A stretch of 64,000 nt of DNA from a virus, in the IMG/VR virus record IMGVR_UViG_3300032307_000622, positions 32,001 through 96,000 of that record, one strand, 5' to 3'. Below, in pieces: positions 55,372 to 64,000 of the stretch (the first letter of the stretch is position 1; each line of letters starts with the position of its first letter). The notes below the pieces were generated by a model. The model had not been told where the DNA came from, searched no databases, and saw only the letters and a program-made list of their open reading frames with translations. The position numbers and the translations under genes were made by a program.

Positions 55372-58300
55372 ATGTTTCAAGATGTCTTGTTACAAAATCA
55401 CCTAGAGACAGCCAGCTCAGTAAAGTCTGAGTCTATTGTTATTGCTGAATGGAACATGAATTCCTTAGAGAATATTCGTACACTTGGCAACTACAGGCAT
55501 CGTCCACTAGACCCATCAGGCTCAGTATACAAGACAACAATTAATACGTTTGATCCAAATGATGATGGAAATTTTTACACTAATGCAACCTACTCTGATG
55601 TTAAGGTTGATGGTGGATTTAGAGACAACAACCAGCCAATATTTTTTGAGTCAAGGATTGAAAAAGAGCAATCCCTATATTCCCTAGAAGAATGTTTTGG
55701 AAAATTCAGGCCAAGATCTGGAATCAATAAGCTAAGATATTTTGATAATAAATTCTCACATCACAGCAACATAAATATGGCCCAGAGACCAAGATACTAT
55801 ATGGCAGATAAGTATGACTCTTTTAAGTATTGGACATCTTATAGAATTGAAAATAATATAGAAAGAGGAATTGCCAAAAATAGTTTTAATGGTCAATTCT
55901 TTATTGACGATGCAGCACCATTTGTTGTTTATAAGGAAAGTGTTCCAGCAAATAGATTAACCATAAAAATGCAGACCAATGTTGGAGATATTGATCTAGG
56001 ACCATTTTCAAATTCTTTTGGATCATTTCCAGATCCACTATATGGAAATTCAAACAAGACTACCCCAGTTAAGTGGAAGATTCAAACACTGCAAGACGGT
56101 GCATGGGTAGATGCAAAAACTTTTGATGCAAGTTCTACACGACTAGATGGCTCTCCAATAGTTGGTTCAGATGGCTATGTAGAACTATATTTTGGAATGA
56201 TTGTCCCTAGAGAGTATATGGGTATATTTAAGCATGCAGGCATCTTGTACTCAGATTTAGTTTTGCCAAAAAACCCTTTTGAGGGCGAAGCCTTTTTGGT
56301 AAAAAGCAGTGATGACGATCTAGGGCAATATCACATATGGTTCAACAACTCATATAGAACATTTACTCCAACATATGGATGGATGCTGTATCATGAGTCT
56401 GATGTAATTTTGAATGGGTTGGTTGAAAACTTGTCCAATCCAGATACCTATATTGATATTGGCTCAGGGAAAAGACGGTACAGGGACATAGAATATATTT
56501 CTGGTATAAGGGTTGTTGTAGACACTATGAATAAAATAGACTCAACCTTTGACTTAATTGAAATGTCACCAAGACTAGTTGGAGACATATCAGATATGGT
56601 TCTGGACTTTAATGTTAGCAAGCATGCATCAGATCTTGGTGTTAGCGGTTTACCAGTTGGACAGCTTTTGGCATCATCTGGAAGCTTGTCAATTTTTGAT
56701 GAAGCCCAAGTCTTCAATAGCAATAATCCAGATAGCCTGGTTTCAGCTCATCTAGATAAGAAAATTAAGTTTAAGTTTTATGAAGCGATTTTAGAAGCAG
56801 AAGATATTGCAAATTACTATGTACCAATAAAAACACTATACTCTGACACAATGCCTAAAACCGATAGCAATTCAAAAAGAGTTACTATTCCTCTCAGAGA
56901 TATGTTTTTTTATTTTGAATCACTAACAGCACCACAAATATTTCTCCAAAATGTTTCTGTTAGCTATGCAGTGTCTTTCCTATTGGACAACATAGGATTC
57001 TCTAACTATATGTTTAAGAGGGCACCTGGAGAAACTGAAATGACGATTCCTAGTTTCTTTATTGGAACAGACAAGTCTGTTGCCCAAGTTCTTCAAGATA
57101 TAGCAGTTTCTACACAAACTGCAATGTTCTTTGATGAGTACAATAACTTTATTATGATGAGCAAAAACTATATGTTGCCATCAGAATCAGAAAGACCAAC
57201 TGACATCTCTCTATATGGGCAAGACATTCTAGTAGACTCTAATGGAAACGAATACCCATATATAGATCAAGTTAGCTCAGTTGCAATGCTTCCAAAAGAC
57301 AAGTTTGGTGGAGCATATACGGTTGGAGTTAACCAGGAAATATATGTATGGTCAGACACCCAGAATTCTCCAGTATCTGCAGGCCTTTATCGTAGAACTA
57401 AAAATCCTGCAAACATTGTAGAAATTTCAGCTGAAAACAATAGCATCTACAATGACGGTAGAATCAATTACACCTCTAGGTCTTTGCAAAAAACTTATGG
57501 TTCTATTAGACAAGCATATCTTTTAGACCAGGACAAAACATGGGTATATAAGCCAGCATTGCTTTGGGAGGTAACTGGCACTGACAGAACTAGGTCAATC
57601 AATGGAGAAATCTCTAGTCAGTCATCCTATGTTTTAGGAGCAATGCCATTAAATTCTCGTCTTAGTGAAAGGGTTCCCCAAGTAGTCAACCATAGGGTTG
57701 TAGACAATATCATGGACCTTGGTGAAGGTGTTTACTGGATTACCAGATATAACGGATACTTTTATGCTAATGGAGAAATTATACGGTATGACGCTGTTCA
57801 ATTTAATATTCCTAAAACTGTTTCCACATCAACTGGGGTATCTGTTGTAGACAACAATGTTTGGATTACTAGCATTGAGGAGTATGACAGCTATTTCTCT
57901 AAGCTTTCTTTTAATGGAAAAATTTACCCAACAGGTTTGGTAAGAATATACTCACAACCAAAATATGAAACTGTAGATGGGGTTGCTAGGTTAAAGAATG
58001 GACCAGTTGAGAAACACGGTAGAGGCCAGTTTGGAACCACAATCTCTAGCCATGAAGCAGGGCTTAGCGACTATTGGTCTAACCCATCTAACAGAAAAGC
58101 ATGTGTTATGGACTCATCATACCTATTTTCTGATAAAGACATTCCAGCAACTGCAATTGGACCAGCTGGTATTAGTCCATCAATTGCGTCAAAAACTACT
58201 GTTAATGGGGTAATAAAGAATTTCCTAAGCTCCTCATACATAACTGAATCAGAGCTTAATGGTCTTAGATCTACACAAACTGGAACCGTTCAATCGTCTG

Positions 58301-59817
58301 CACTAATCTTGAATGGTCCATCATTTACAACTACAGAAAAGCCCCTAGACTCTGTTACATATGTTCACAAAGCACTTGGAGATCACTATAGACACTTTGG
58401 CACTAGAATGAGAATTGTTGGCAAATCAGAAAACAATCTAGATAAGTTTCAAACTCCTATAGGAAGCACACCATATTATTCTGGAATTGGTGTCAATGAC
58501 TCTACTGTAAACATTGCTGGCTCCTCTGGAGGACTGGCAGTGATGGTAAACCCACAAACAAATGTTGGATATTATTTTGAGCTAATTGCTTTATCAGATA
58601 CGAAGTTGGAAAATTCTACGAACAACGATATCTACAATATTATTTTTTATAAGGTAAAGCAAAAGAATGGAACCACAGAAGCAATCCCAATAAAATTGTG
58701 GGCAGGCCTAACCCAAATTCTAGTAGATAGTGGAACATTTGTTGGACAGTCTAGAATAATTGGCGAAGAAGCTACAACCGTATACGACCTTGCTGTAGAG
58801 TATGAAAACATAGGTTCATCAAGAAAGTTCTATCTTTATTTAAATAATAATATTGTTGCCATTGTGGAAGATGATGACCCTTTGCCAATTTATAACAATA
58901 TGGCACTCTTTGTACGTGGATCTGCAAGGTGCATGTTTGAAAATCTTTATGCAATAACAAACAACTATAGCAGGGACACCTCCTATATTTTGGATACGCC
59001 AGTAAATTCTGTTTTTGGCGATGACGAAATTAGCGTAAATGAGTCATTTAGAAAGTACTCCATGAGCGGTATGATTCAATCAACATATCTTTCTGGAATA
59101 GCCTCAGCATCTCCGCCAAAGTACAATCTTTACTTTGAGGAATTTGGAACCATCATGAGGGAAGCTGCATATTTTAATGTTCGATATGATAAAGCATATC
59201 CAGCACTATATGCCAAGCTATCTCCAACATTTAATAATTTAAAGGGATACACAACATCTGGATTTGTGGCTGGAGCCTATGGTGCAGAGTTTTTGATCTT
59301 TAATTCTACAGATACCGCTCTAAGCCTGGACGAATCCAGCGGAAACTATTTAAGAATACAGGGCGTGACATTTACGCAACAGTCTTCAAATGAATTAACT
59401 GTAGATGATTATTTTGCAAAGAAGAGTGACTCCTCTAATCCACAAATATCTGGATCGAACTTAGTCTATTCTCCTTTGGTCGCAGAGCAAGAATTTTTAG
59501 ACATAAAATATAGTCGTGCAACCCATGGCAGAAAAGAGTTTTCTCTAGATGCAGAATATGTTCAGACTAGAGATGACGCAAACTCTTTGATGGGCTGGCT
59601 TGTTTCAAAAATTATGAAACCTAGAAAGTCTGTAGGGTTAAAAATATTTTCAATGCCAATCTTGCAACTTGGAGATATTGTAAATATTAGGTACATGAAT
59701 AAGAAGGGCTTTGACGAAATAGCTTCTGATAACTCTAGGTTTGTGATATATAGCATAGAGTATAATAGAACACCCAATGGACCAGAAATGACCGTATTTT
59801 TAAGTGAGGTAGTCTAA
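55372..59817 (+). CDS. Large tail tip/hub protein
   Basis: Position; ~1480 aa; P.LQLGDIV near the C-terminus. Confidence 0.7.
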   Translation: MFQDVLLQNHLETASSVKSESIVIAEWNMNSLENIRTLGNYRHRPLDPSGSVYKTTINTFDPNDDGNFYTNATYSDVKVDGGFRDNNQPIFFESRIEKEQSLYSLEECFGKFRPRSGINKLRYFDNKFSHHSNINMAQRPRYYMADKYDSFKYWTSYRIENNIERGIAKNSFNGQFFIDDAAPFVVYKESVPANRLTIKMQTNVGDIDLGPFSNSFGSFPDPLYGNSNKTTPVKWKIQTLQDGAWVDAKTFDASSTRLDGSPIVGSDGYVELYFGMIVPREYMGIFKHAGILYSDLVLPKNPFEGEAFLVKSSDDDLGQYHIWFNNSYRTFTPTYGWMLYHESDVILNGLVENLSNPDTYIDIGSGKRRYRDIEYISGIRVVVDTMNKIDSTFDLIEMSPRLVGDISDMVLDFNVSKHASDLGVSGLPVGQLLASSGSLSIFDEAQVFNSNNPDSLVSAHLDKKIKFKFYEAILEAEDIANYYVPIKTLYSDTMPKTDSNSKRVTIPLRDMFFYFESLTAPQIFLQNVSVSYAVSFLLDNIGFSNYMFKRAPGETEMTIPSFFIGTDKSVAQVLQDIAVSTQTAMFFDEYNNFIMMSKNYMLPSESERPTDISLYGQDILVDSNGNEYPYIDQVSSVAMLPKDKFGGAYTVGVNQEIYVWSDTQNSPVSAGLYRRTKNPANIVEISAENNSIYNDGRINYTSRSLQKTYGSIRQAYLLDQDKTWVYKPALLWEVTGTDRTRSINGEISSQSSYVLGAMPLNSRLSERVPQVVNHRVVDNIMDLGEGVYWITRYNGYFYANGEIIRYDAVQFNIPKTVSTSTGVSVVDNNVWITSIEEYDSYFSKLSFNGKIYPTGLVRIYSQPKYETVDGVARLKNGPVEKHGRGQFGTTISSHEAGLSDYWSNPSNRKACVMDSSYLFSDKDIPATAIGPAGISPSIASKTTVNGVIKNFLSSSYITESELNGLRSTQTGTVQSSALILNGPSFTTTEKPLDSVTYVHKALGDHYRHFGTRMRIVGKSENNLDKFQTPIGSTPYYSGIGVNDSTVNIAGSSGGLAVMVNPQTNVGYYFELIALSDTKLENSTNNDIYNIIFYKVKQKNGTTEAIPIKLWAGLTQILVDSGTFVGQSRIIGEEATTVYDLAVEYENIGSSRKFYLYLNNNIVAIVEDDDPLPIYNNMALFVRGSARCMFENLYAITNNYSRDTSYILDTPVNSVFGDDEISVNESFRKYSMSGMIQSTYLSGIASASPPKYNLYFEEFGTIMREAAYFNVRYDKAYPALYAKLSPTFNNLKGYTTSGFVAGAYGAEFLIFNSTDTALSLDESSGNYLRIQGVTFTQQSSNELTVDDYFAKKSDSSNPQISGSNLVYSPLVAEQEFLDIKYSRATHGRKEFSLDAEYVQTRDDANSLMGWLVSKIMKPRKSVGLKIFSMPILQLGDIVNIRYMNKKGFDEIASDNSRFVIYSIEYNRTPNGPEMTVFLSEVV

Positions 59818-59818
59818 G

Positions 59819-60316
59819 ATGGTAGATGCAGTTCCAACGCAATATTTCTTGGAGACCAAGGTATCTCCACCAAGGCCTGCTATTAAAATAGCTACACCAG
59901 ACCTAATATTAGAAAATAACGAACAAGTTCAAATTGATGTTATGACAGACCTAATCTTTGAAGATATTGGTGGTCAAGAGATAATTAATATTGCTAGAAA
60001 CGATTCTGTCAATGGGCAAAACATTCGGTATAGCCCAATCAAAAACCTATTGGACATTAACTTTCAATATAACTCTAAAAACATTATATCCCTTGAGAAC
60101 ACATCAGAAACCTTTTTCAATAACTTTCCGATTAAGCTAGATGCCCACATTCCAAATGTTGGTAATGGTCCAAACGGAGAGTATGTTTATATAGATAGTC
60201 AAACTGGAAATCTAATTATAAATGTTATAAATATGCAGAATAATGAGCAGGTGGAGGTCCAGATTTTGGCTGCAGGACAGATCCTAGATGATACAATATA
60301 TGAGGATGAATCATGA
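59819..60316 (+). CDS. Minor tail protein
   Basis: ORF track; operon context. Confidence 0.6.
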   Translation: MVDAVPTQYFLETKVSPPRPAIKIATPDLILENNEQVQIDVMTDLIFEDIGGQEIINIARNDSVNGQNIRYSPIKNLLDINFQYNSKNIISLENTSETFFNNFPIKLDAHIPNVGNGPNGEYVYIDSQTGNLIINVINMQNNEQVEVQILAAGQILDDTIYEDES

Positions 60317-61470
60317 TAACTAATACTGGCAAAGACATTATTGCAAAATATTTAATTGGACAGGCTCCAGCCTATGCCTCATATATTGCCGTTGGCTGTG
60401 GTGCCAGGCCACTAGCCTCTGACGCAACTCTTGGTGATTACTCTGAAAAAAGAAACTTAGATTTTGAAATGTTTAGAGTACCTATTGTTTCTAGAGGATA
60501 TGTTAATGAAAATGATATATCTAAAGTTGTGTTTACAGCTGAACTACCATCAGAAGAAAGATATGAAATAACAGAAGTTGGAGTTTATTCGGCTGGGTCT
60601 AACCCTGCAGTTGGTGCCAACGGTAGCAAAACCATTTATGCTTTTAACAATGAGGCTTGGGAATATCACACCGTAAGCCCAGCACAAGCAATTGCTATTC
60701 CAACCATATATGAGCCACTAGACGGAGACTTTAGAGACAACACAATTCATGACGAGGTTGGCTATCCAGCTTACAACAAGCCAGTATTTCAAACAAATGC
60801 AGACAATCGAATATTTACTGACGAGGATAGAGTTGCTAGGCATGAAAGATGTAGATTCTTAAATAACATGATTGCGATTGCTGGCAATGATTCAACATTA
60901 AACGTTTCTGGCGGTCACCTGTCTCCAACAGCAGGATCAAACCACATACATTTACTTGGTGCAAACCTAGATTTAAATCAGAATGCACCAAATGATGAAT
61001 TGCGTCTTGCGTTTTCAGTAATCAATAAGGTGGTGGATGGTCCAGATCCAGACAAGGTAAAGATTTTACTAGAGTTTGCATCTACAGATGTTCACAATGA
61101 GGCTGGATCGCAATATGCAAGATTTGAGGTAATCTTAGAAAACGGAAATACCCAGGGCAAGCATGATTTTTCAACTAATAGATACGTGGTTGCCAAAAAG
61201 CAAATGCAGGAGTTATATAAGAGCACAGGGTTTACCTGGAGCACTGTTGACGTAGTTAAGATTTATGCGTCTGTAGAAAAGAACGGAACTCCATCAGCAG
61301 ACTACTATGTTTGTCTAGACGCACTAAGGCTTCAAAATCTGTCTTCAGCAAACCCTCTATACGGTTTGACAGGATACTCAGTTATTAGAAATACAGACTC
61401 AAGAGCAATCGTAAAGTCAGCAAACACAACTAACTTTATAGAGTTTAGGTTTGCAATGGGAGTGCAGTAA
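60313..61470 (+). CDS. Minor tail protein
   Basis: MITNTG...IAVG.G...EITEVGVY N-terminus typical of fibre-collar proteins. Confidence 0.65.
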   Translation: MITNTGKDIIAKYLIGQAPAYASYIAVGCGARPLASDATLGDYSEKRNLDFEMFRVPIVSRGYVNENDISKVVFTAELPSEERYEITEVGVYSAGSNPAVGANGSKTIYAFNNEAWEYHTVSPAQAIAIPTIYEPLDGDFRDNTIHDEVGYPAYNKPVFQTNADNRIFTDEDRVARHERCRFLNNMIAIAGNDSTLNVSGGHLSPTAGSNHIHLLGANLDLNQNAPNDELRLAFSVINKVVDGPDPDKVKILLEFASTDVHNEAGSQYARFEVILENGNTQGKHDFSTNRYVVAKKQMQELYKSTGFTWSTVDVVKIYASVEKNGTPSADYYVCLDALRLQNLSSANPLYGLTGYSVIRNTDSRAIVKSANTTNFIEFRFAMGVQ

Positions 61471-61973
61471 TGGCAGATCCTGGAATCAAAAACGTAACAA
61501 TTTTTAATAATGATCTACCAATTATAAATTCAAAAGTAAAGGGGTATGCTGTCCGATATCGCATCGTGTCTGAGGATAAAAACAGAGTTTCACATTGGTC
61601 ACCAACACACTATATTGATGCAGGCTATGTCTACCTTCCCCAACTGACTCCAGAAGTAACAAAGTCTGGGAACACCATTTCAATAGTTTGGAATAAGGTT
61701 CGGATACAAAAATCTGGCAACCTAATTGGAACAATTAGAGACTATGATATTTGGGTTAAATGGGGCAAGGACGGAGAGGGTGACTGGATTTATGATGGCA
61801 AATCAAACATAAATAGCATATCTATGATAATTCCGCCAACATACTCAGTAAATGGTGTTGATCAAGAAGAGCGACCAGACGAACTATCTTTAGAGATTTA
61901 CCTGGAGAGCGTCCCAGTATCAAGGAGCAACCAGCAGCTTTTGGTCTATTCTCTATCCCAGATTACCGTTTAG
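61470..61973 (+). CDS. Minor tail protein
   Basis: ORF track; coupled start. Confidence 0.6.
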   Translation: MADPGIKNVTIFNNDLPIINSKVKGYAVRYRIVSEDKNRVSHWSPTHYIDAGYVYLPQLTPEVTKSGNTISIVWNKVRIQKSGNLIGTIRDYDIWVKWGKDGEGDWIYDGKSNINSISMIIPPTYSVNGVDQEERPDELSLEIYLESVPVSRSNQQLLVYSLSQITV

Positions 61974-61989
61974 TGATATAATATAAGTT

Positions 61990-62436
61990 ATGGCTAAAAT
62001 TCCACTTCCCCAAAGAGGGCAACCAGTAGATCTTACATATTTGTACGAAATTGCAAATGCTGTTAACAACCTATCAACACAAATATCTCCATCTTCGTAT
62101 AAGTATGTCACAGTGGATACCCCTACTTCTGGAAAGCAAAATGTTAAGGCATCAGAGGCAAAAATTATTGGTGGGTATATTGAGGTAGCAAACAATAGTA
62201 CTGTTTCAGCCTCTAACGAAAAAGAGTTTTCGTATGCCATAACTGGTGGAGAATTTAAGTATGCACCAATAGTTACCGCTACCCCAGTTATGATAGGAAC
62301 TACTGATGCTGGAAAAAGTGCTAGCATAATTTTAAAAAATGTAACAACCTCAAAGGTTGAGGGTGTAGTAAAGTTTAACGTTTCTGGTGATGCCAAGGTA
62401 GGAATTAATTTAATTATCATTGGCATTCCAAACTAA
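61990..62436 (+). CDS. Minor tail protein
   Basis: ORF track; leaderless start. Confidence 0.6.
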   Translation: MAKIPLPQRGQPVDLTYLYEIANAVNNLSTQISPSSYKYVTVDTPTSGKQNVKASEAKIIGGYIEVANNSTVSASNEKEFSYAITGGEFKYAPIVTATPVMIGTTDAGKSASIILKNVTTSKVEGVVKFNVSGDAKVGINLIIIGIPN

Positions 62437-62446
62437 GGGAATCATC

Positions 62447-62992
62447 GTGCCCATTAATAAAAAAGGCAGCATTGAGCAAGAAGGGTACAACTCTGCACCA
62501 ATAATTCCTGGCAGCAAAAAAGTGTGGTTCTTAAATGGTGACCTTGTTAGAGTTCATCATCACAATAAATCAAATGGCATAATGTCTGTTTATAATATTA
62601 TTCAAGATAGAATTGAAAGTTGTTTAATTAGTGATTTTAAGAAAAATCGTGAAAGAGCTTTTACTGTTGGAGAAACGGCAACTCTTGTAAATAGACACAA
62701 AAAGTATATGCCCAGCCTAATGAAGCGTGGTATTATTCCACATCCCACAGGATCGCAAAAGGGCGGATCAACAGGCTGGCAGGTAAGAAGTTATTATTCA
62801 GAGTCGCAAGTTAGAGAAATTCGTGATATACTTGCCTCATATCATATGGGTAGGCCAAGAGGAGACAGGCTTATTACCAATGACATCACTCCATCCAAAC
62901 AAGAGTTGACAAGGCGTATGGGGGATGGTATACTAACGTATACAAGGACAGAAGACGGAAGATTTATTCCAATTTGGAGTGAATCAATATAG
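62447..62992 (+). CDS. Helix-turn-helix (MerR-like) DNA-binding protein
   Basis: FTVGETA.LVNR...RG.IP...R.YYSE; probable GTG start at 62447. Confidence 0.6.
   Translation: MPINKKGSIEQEGYNSAPIIPGSKKVWFLNGDLVRVHHHNKSNGIMSVYNIIQDRIESCLISDFKKNRERAFTVGETATLVNRHKKYMPSLMKRGIIPHPTGSQKGGSTGWQVRSYYSESQVREIRDILASYHMGRPRGDRLITNDITPSKQELTRRMGDGILTYTRTEDGRFIPIWSESI
62906..62934 (+). promoter_or_regulatory. Promoter TTGACA-N17-TATACT with extended -10, inside the HTH gene
   Basis: Read directly from sequence. Confidence 0.8.
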
Positions 62993-63005
62993 TTAGGAAA
63001 TGGGT

Positions 63006-63197
63006 ATGGAAGAGACTAAGGTCACTGTATCGCTAGGATATACACTTAATTTGGGTAATTTTCAATCACTAAGAATTGATATAGGCATTCAAGACTCCAA
63101 GAGAAATGGAGAAACAACCAACGATGCCTTTGAGCGTGTTTATAAATACGTTGAATCTAAGCTTTCAGAAAAAATTGCTGAGAACCAGGAAAGCTAA
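63006..63197 (+). CDS. Conserved small phage protein (GYTLNLGNFQSLRID)
   Basis: ORF track; start at 63006 or 63000. Confidence 0.75.
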   Translation: MEETKVTVSLGYTLNLGNFQSLRIDIGIQDSKRNGETTNDAFERVYKYVESKLSEKIAENQES

Positions 63198-63508
63198 TGG
63201 CAGTAGAACGCAAAGACCGAATGGCTTTGCTTTCTCGCTATAGCAAGCTGCATACAGCTAAGTATAAAGAAAAGCCATTATTAAACCTAAATGTTGAGCA
63301 GTGGTCAGCAGATGCTCTTATAGAGTCCTACGGAATAGCATTCTGCTATGATCTGCTAGAATACTATTTTGAAGTTGCTCAGTCTCCAACATGGAAATAT
63401 TTTGCTAACTATGCAGACAAACTAATTGAAGCAAGAGAAGATTACAAGAAAGATTTACAGGAAAGGGCTGAACGCCGTAAGGCAGCTAGGGTATGGTTAA
63501 GTGAATAA
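63197..63508 (+). CDS. Hypothetical protein upstream of the helicase
   Basis: ORF track; coupled at both ends. Confidence 0.75.
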   Translation: MAVERKDRMALLSRYSKLHTAKYKEKPLLNLNVEQWSADALIESYGIAFCYDLLEYYFEVAQSPTWKYFANYADKLIEAREDYKKDLQERAERRKAARVWLSE

Positions 63509-64000
63509 TACAGAGTCTAAACTAATTTCTGCAGTTCTTGCAGACAAGCAAATACACGTTCTTTTGCAGGCAAATGTTGATACCTTGCTTCGTACCCACA
63601 ATGATATTTGGAATTTTATAAGAAACTATTCTGAAAATAATGGCTCCTTGCCACCATCCACATTGGTAGTAGAAAAGTTTAGAGACTTTCAGCCAGTTAA
63701 TGAGGTGGGATCTACAAAGCATCACCTGGAGGAGCTGCAGACTGAATATCTTAATGACAGCCTAAAGGATATTCTTCGTTCTGCTGCAACTGAGGTACAG
63801 GGTGGACAAGGCTCAAAGGCACTGGAAGAGCTTATAACAAAAACTTCTGAGCTAAAGAAAAACACTTCTGTCATTAGAGATATTGATGCTACAGATTTAG
63901 AATCAGCTGTAGCGTATTACGAAAATGTTCAAAAGCAAAAAGAGCTGGGTCAGCTTGGAATTAAAACTGGCCTAGCAGGTTTCGACAACTATCTTCCTGC
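63501..64000 (+). CDS. DnaB-like replicative helicase, N-terminal part (truncated by the window)
   Basis: Open frame MNNTESKLISAVL...GIKTGLAGFDNYLP; the G..TG...D motif precedes the DnaB ATPase domain. Confidence 0.75.
   Translation, partial: MNNTESKLISAVLADKQIHVLLQANVDTLLRTHNDIWNFIRNYSENNGSLPPSTLVVEKFRDFQPVNEVGSTKHHLEELQTEYLNDSLKDILRSAATEVQGGQGSKALEELITKTSELKKNTSVIRDIDATDLESAVAYYENVQKQKELGQLGIKTGLAGFDNYLP

Noticed and set aside
14435-63725. Many short antisense or alternative-frame ORFs inside structural and replication genes
   Set aside because: They are nested in long, coherent plus-strand genes and explained by codon bias
1-64000. tRNA or rRNA genes, integrase, terminase, stop-codon reassignment
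   Set aside because: None recognised by eye; long ORFs read cleanly in the standard code, and the terminase is presumably outside the window

Overview
This window is part of a large, AT-rich tailed phage (siphovirus) genome. The host is probably an actinobacterium (inference from AGAAAGG-type ribosome-binding sites and many leaderless genes behind TGnTAnnnT promoters). Layout: (1) 1-10.4 kb is a minus-strand early or host-takeover region of about 30 small genes, including a DUF932 protein and a Gp88-like protein. It carries 15 promoters of the form ATGTC-N12-TAnnnT, four covarying compact RNA pseudoknots and hairpin RNAs whose loops are complementary to the phage's own RBSs. (2) 10.5-33.8 kb holds tail-fibre and virion accessory genes interleaved with seven 2OG-Fe(II) oxygenase-fold genes, small Cys-rich proteins and two cell-wall hydrolases. 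(3) 33.8-62.4 kb is the core morphogenesis module: portal, prohead protease, major capsid, connectors, major tail, two paralogous tail chaperones, a 2458-aa tape measure and tail tip genes. (4) 62.4-64 kb is the start of a replication block (HTH protein, DnaB-like helicase). The strongest candidates for undescribed systems are an sRNA/pseudoknot network that may switch off classes of genes by RBS sequence, and a duplicated module of fibre adaptor, Pro-repeat Cys-terminal protein, small Cys protein and 2OG oxygenases that may modify virion proteins. All family assignments come from motifs recognised by eye; no database searches were run.
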